Below are positions 60,440 through 64,000 of a DNA stretch of 64,000 nucleotides, piece by piece. A model generated the notes under the pieces. The model did not search any database and was not told the DNA's origin. It saw only the letters and a list, made by a program, of their open reading frames with translations. Origin of the DNA: Podarcis vaucheri (taxonomy: Eukaryota); the NCBI GenBank assembly GCA_965113315.1, contig OZ220363.1; one strand, written 5' to 3'. Both the position numbers and the translations under genes were made by a program. Position 1 is the first letter of the stretch. Every line of letters begins with the position of its first letter.

Positions 60440-63400
60440 TGAGTTGATGAATCCCCCCTTGTTTTCTTATCACACACTTTTAAAATGGTTGCTTTTGCTT
60501 CCTAGGCTGAAAAAGCCAAAAACCTCGTCTGTTTCCCATTTCTGGCCTTCGGTGTCCTTTTTATTCCCATTTCCCATAAATTGTGGCATTAAACAAAGCA
60601 GTATGTGTACCAGGCAGAATCACCGGGGGCCATTTATTAGCTTAATATTTCTGTCCTTCCACATCCCCCAAAGGCTCCAACCATTCAACGAGGCTTGAAA
60701 AATGACCCTAAACTCTGCTAGGTAAAAGCATTCCCTGCTAAAATTCATCCCCCCCCGTGAAAGTATAGATTTAACAAATATGACTTGCAGTATTCTATCA
60801 GGCCCCTTTGTCTTTAGATATTGGGACTATACCTAGTTAAAAAATTTACATGCTGCCCCAGCTCCATGCAGGAACTATTAAAATGCCCAGCTTTGTTAAC
60901 ACATATTGCTAGTGCAGCACAAATAAATTGGGCTTTGCTATTAAGCAAAGTAAATCATAATACCAGTTGCTGGAAACCGCAGGAGAGGAGAGTGCTCTAG
61001 TGCTCAGCTCCTGCTTACGGGCTTTCCATAAAGTGAGATCAGGCTAGACTTGATCCAGAAAGCTCTTCTTATGTTCTGATACTCAATGCAAGTGGCAGAA
61101 GCTCTTCCTAATCCAGGGGAAAATCAGGCAATTAAGATTCTAATTTTATGGAATCTACCACCTCCACTTCTGATTATATCGCTTTCAGCGGTACCAAACC
61201 TCCTGCTTCTGCTTTTGTCTTGCCAGCTGAACTCAGGTGAGCCATTTATGTCGCTGCTATTTTTCTTTATATGCTTTTCCTGCTCACATCCAACTCATTG
61301 GAACCTTTACCACACTCTTATGCACATCTCAAGAAACATCCAGAAGCCTCTGCCATCTCATAAAAGCATTTATATCATAGTTTACTCTATGTTTAACCTA
61401 GGGCAAATAAAATGCAAAATGTCCCAATCTAGGATTTGGGTTTGAGGGGCATGCACCCTCAGAAAAGCTGACCTGGCCTCATGAATTCTGCAGGCGGATG
61501 AAATGTCTGCAGTTCTGTTTATCATTCCTCCTCCTCCACCACCACCCGCTTTCATCTGACAGTGGCAGACTGCAGCACTCCCCGTCACTGGCACTCTGTC
61601 CAACCAGCCAGGGAGAGCTGGCCACACAGGTAAAGCAGAATTGTGGGGTGCAGAAAGACTCCAAAAACTGTCAAGGTGAACTCAGAGGGCACGAAGCAGG
61701 TGCAAAAGGATACGTCTGAGTTAGGAAATGGTAAACCTGAGTATCTCTTGACAAAATGCCTTTTGCTTAAGGAGAGGCTAGTCTGATGTATGCCAGAGCT
61801 GCACAGGAGATTTAATTGCTGAGATTCATTATGATCATTTTAAATGATAAGCCCTGCTTCCCTGCAGCTGGGCTTGCCACATCACAAACTACAATCCCAG
61901 TCTCTATATGCATGCCCCGCTTATTCAGTAAACTCCTCTTAAAGATCATGGGGAGCCTAATGCAGCTCCAGCGGCTGTCCTTTCACCCTCACGAAGAGAC
62001 GCATTAGCAAAGTTTTGACTAGAGAGAGCAGAAGGAATGATAGAACAAAGTAGAGATGCCCCCCCGTCTCCCATCACGATACAGCTTTCTGCAGGTATCT
62101 TAATATGCTGTATGGAACAAGGCCAGCTTTTGCAAACTGGGTCAGCTGTACAATGCGACGTGACTTCCATTCAAAGCAAGGCCTGCTCTTAACGGGAGTC
62201 ACATTGCCAGATGGATGAAGAGGGAGATTCAATGCTCACCATGTCCTGCCGCTGTCCACCTGTATGACCCTGGGAAAGTCTACGCTCTTCAGGTATTGTA
62301 GAACCATAAAAAGCAATAATAAAAGCATGCTGTGGACCACAAAGAAAGGATGGGCGTTTTGCACATCAACACAGCCCCTGTTCTTTGCAGGGTCATTATG
62401 AATGAGGTGGCTGCTGTAGTTTTCTTTGGGCACTTCAGAATATCAAGGCCTGTTTACTGTATTTACAGCACCGTATTTCATGGCAAGTCCTTCAGCAGGA
62501 ATGAGGAGACTGGGGCCCGCCGCTACCACATTTTTGACTGGCTGCAATACAAAGACTTTCCCCTGAAGTGCTTAAAGTGCAAGAGGAAAGAAAAACAGAC
62601 ATCTAATGAGTCAGGTCCTGTTAGACCCCTCCCCCCTTTTAGTCTAAAATATAAATAAATCTATGAAGCTCATTACAGACTCCATTTAGTCAGGCCTTCC
62701 AGGAATTAAAATCAATACAGGTCCAAGAAACAAACACTAAGTGGCAAGAACAGAGGGTTTCCTTCAGAGCAAGGAGAGCAATGTGCGATTCTGCTAAAGG
62801 AAGTGCTGGCTAGTGTAACACTTTATTAAAAAATGGGGCAGATTTTTAAAAAAGCTCCACGTGCAGGAGCCAGCACAAGAAGTCCTGCTAGCACAACAAG
62901 GCTTCTACACCTCCCTTCCCCAAAATCAGCACTGTGAGGTTGGGAGAACCACCAGAACAGTACACAGGAAAAGAAGAGAGGGGATTGTTTGATCTGTCAA
63001 GCAAAAAATGCTTGTGCTGATGCGATAATCCTAATAGCACAAGGTTCAATCCCACGCAATGGGTGCAGCCCAGGCTCATTTGCCTCATTTATTTCAATAG
63101 GACAGAAGCATAAGCTGTATTGCACCTACTATGCTGTCCAACAAGATGGCTAAAATATGCTTTATTTTCGCCATGAAGCTTCTCAGTGTACCCTTGCAAT
63201 TTTCTAGTGGGTCCGGTTAGCCATTTAGGAAAGAAATAATTCCAACACCATGGGTTTAAAGAAAGCTTTAATTCCAAATGCAAGAACTGTCTTGCTGGAT
63301 CACACCAAAGACCCATCTCATCAAGCACTAGCAGCCTTTGTCTCCAGAGTTGCTTGCTTTGAAATCAGTGGTTAAAATCAGCAGAGCTTTGAAAGGCTCA

Positions 63401-64000
63401 GTCCACTATCGTGATTCAAACTGGCATCCAACAGTTTTCAAACATAGACAAAAACCTGCTCCTTGATCTCAGAAACCACCATGCAAAATTTGGTTTTGGT
63501 ATCTTCGATGTCAAAACGCATAGTGAACAAAACAACTGTCCAGTACATTACACTTCCAAAATGGGCGATCCAGAGGCTGATACTCAAGAGTTATCAGAAG
63601 CAGCGGCTGAAAAGTTACAGCACTTGGCTTTGTTCCTGAAGGGCAACTTCACATTTTACTCAGCCTCACACCAGATCCTCCCCACTCCCCGCCTAATTTC
63701 ACAACCCAACCAAAGCCAGGTAGAACTAGACAAGGACCACAGGCTGGTACTGACTAAGGACAGAACTGTAATTGTTAAACTAAAACACTAACACGCTTCA
63801 GGTGCTAAGTGTGGGGAACCTTTGGTCCGCCAGATGTTGCTGAGCTACAACCCCCATCAGCCCCATCTAGCATGGCCAATGGCCAGAGATAATGGGAGTT
63901 GTAGTACAGCAACATCAGAAAGGCCAAAGGAACCCAACACCTCCCACACTTGAGCCAATTCACTAAATATATAACACTGATAAAGACTTTTCCTGACACT

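Noticed and set aside
61000-64000. CHURC1 coding exons expected by synteny
   Set aside because: I could not find the CHURC1 C-terminal peptide on the minus strand; at most its 3'UTR lies here.

Overview
Vertebrate genomic DNA from a squamate reptile; Sauria SINE copies suggest a lacertid lizard (inference). It contains three complete intron-containing genes in the vertebrate FNTB-RAB15-GPX2 order: FNTB (minus strand, 12 coding exons, 423 aa), RAB15 (plus, 7 coding exons, 212 aa) and the selenoprotein gene GPX2 (plus, 2 exons, 190 aa). GPX2 has an in-frame TGA (Sec40) and a 3'UTR SECIS with a non-canonical GUGA core. I traced all coding exons by hand; all have GT-AG boundaries and consistent phases. 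Introns and intergenic DNA carry many transposons: a 5'-truncated L1 with a target-site duplication (TSD), L2 and RTEX-like relics, Sauria and other tRNA-derived SINEs, and Tc1/mariner and hAT MITEs. The main unexplained signals are a chain of phase-compatible exon-like segments between FNTB and RAB15 (possible unannotated or decayed gene), a 48-bp-stem hairpin in FNTB intron 1, and a near-perfect MARE/ARE inside a retrotransposon about 1 kb upstream of GPX2. Most ORFs in the supplied track are spurious. I cannot establish a new biological system from sequence alone.
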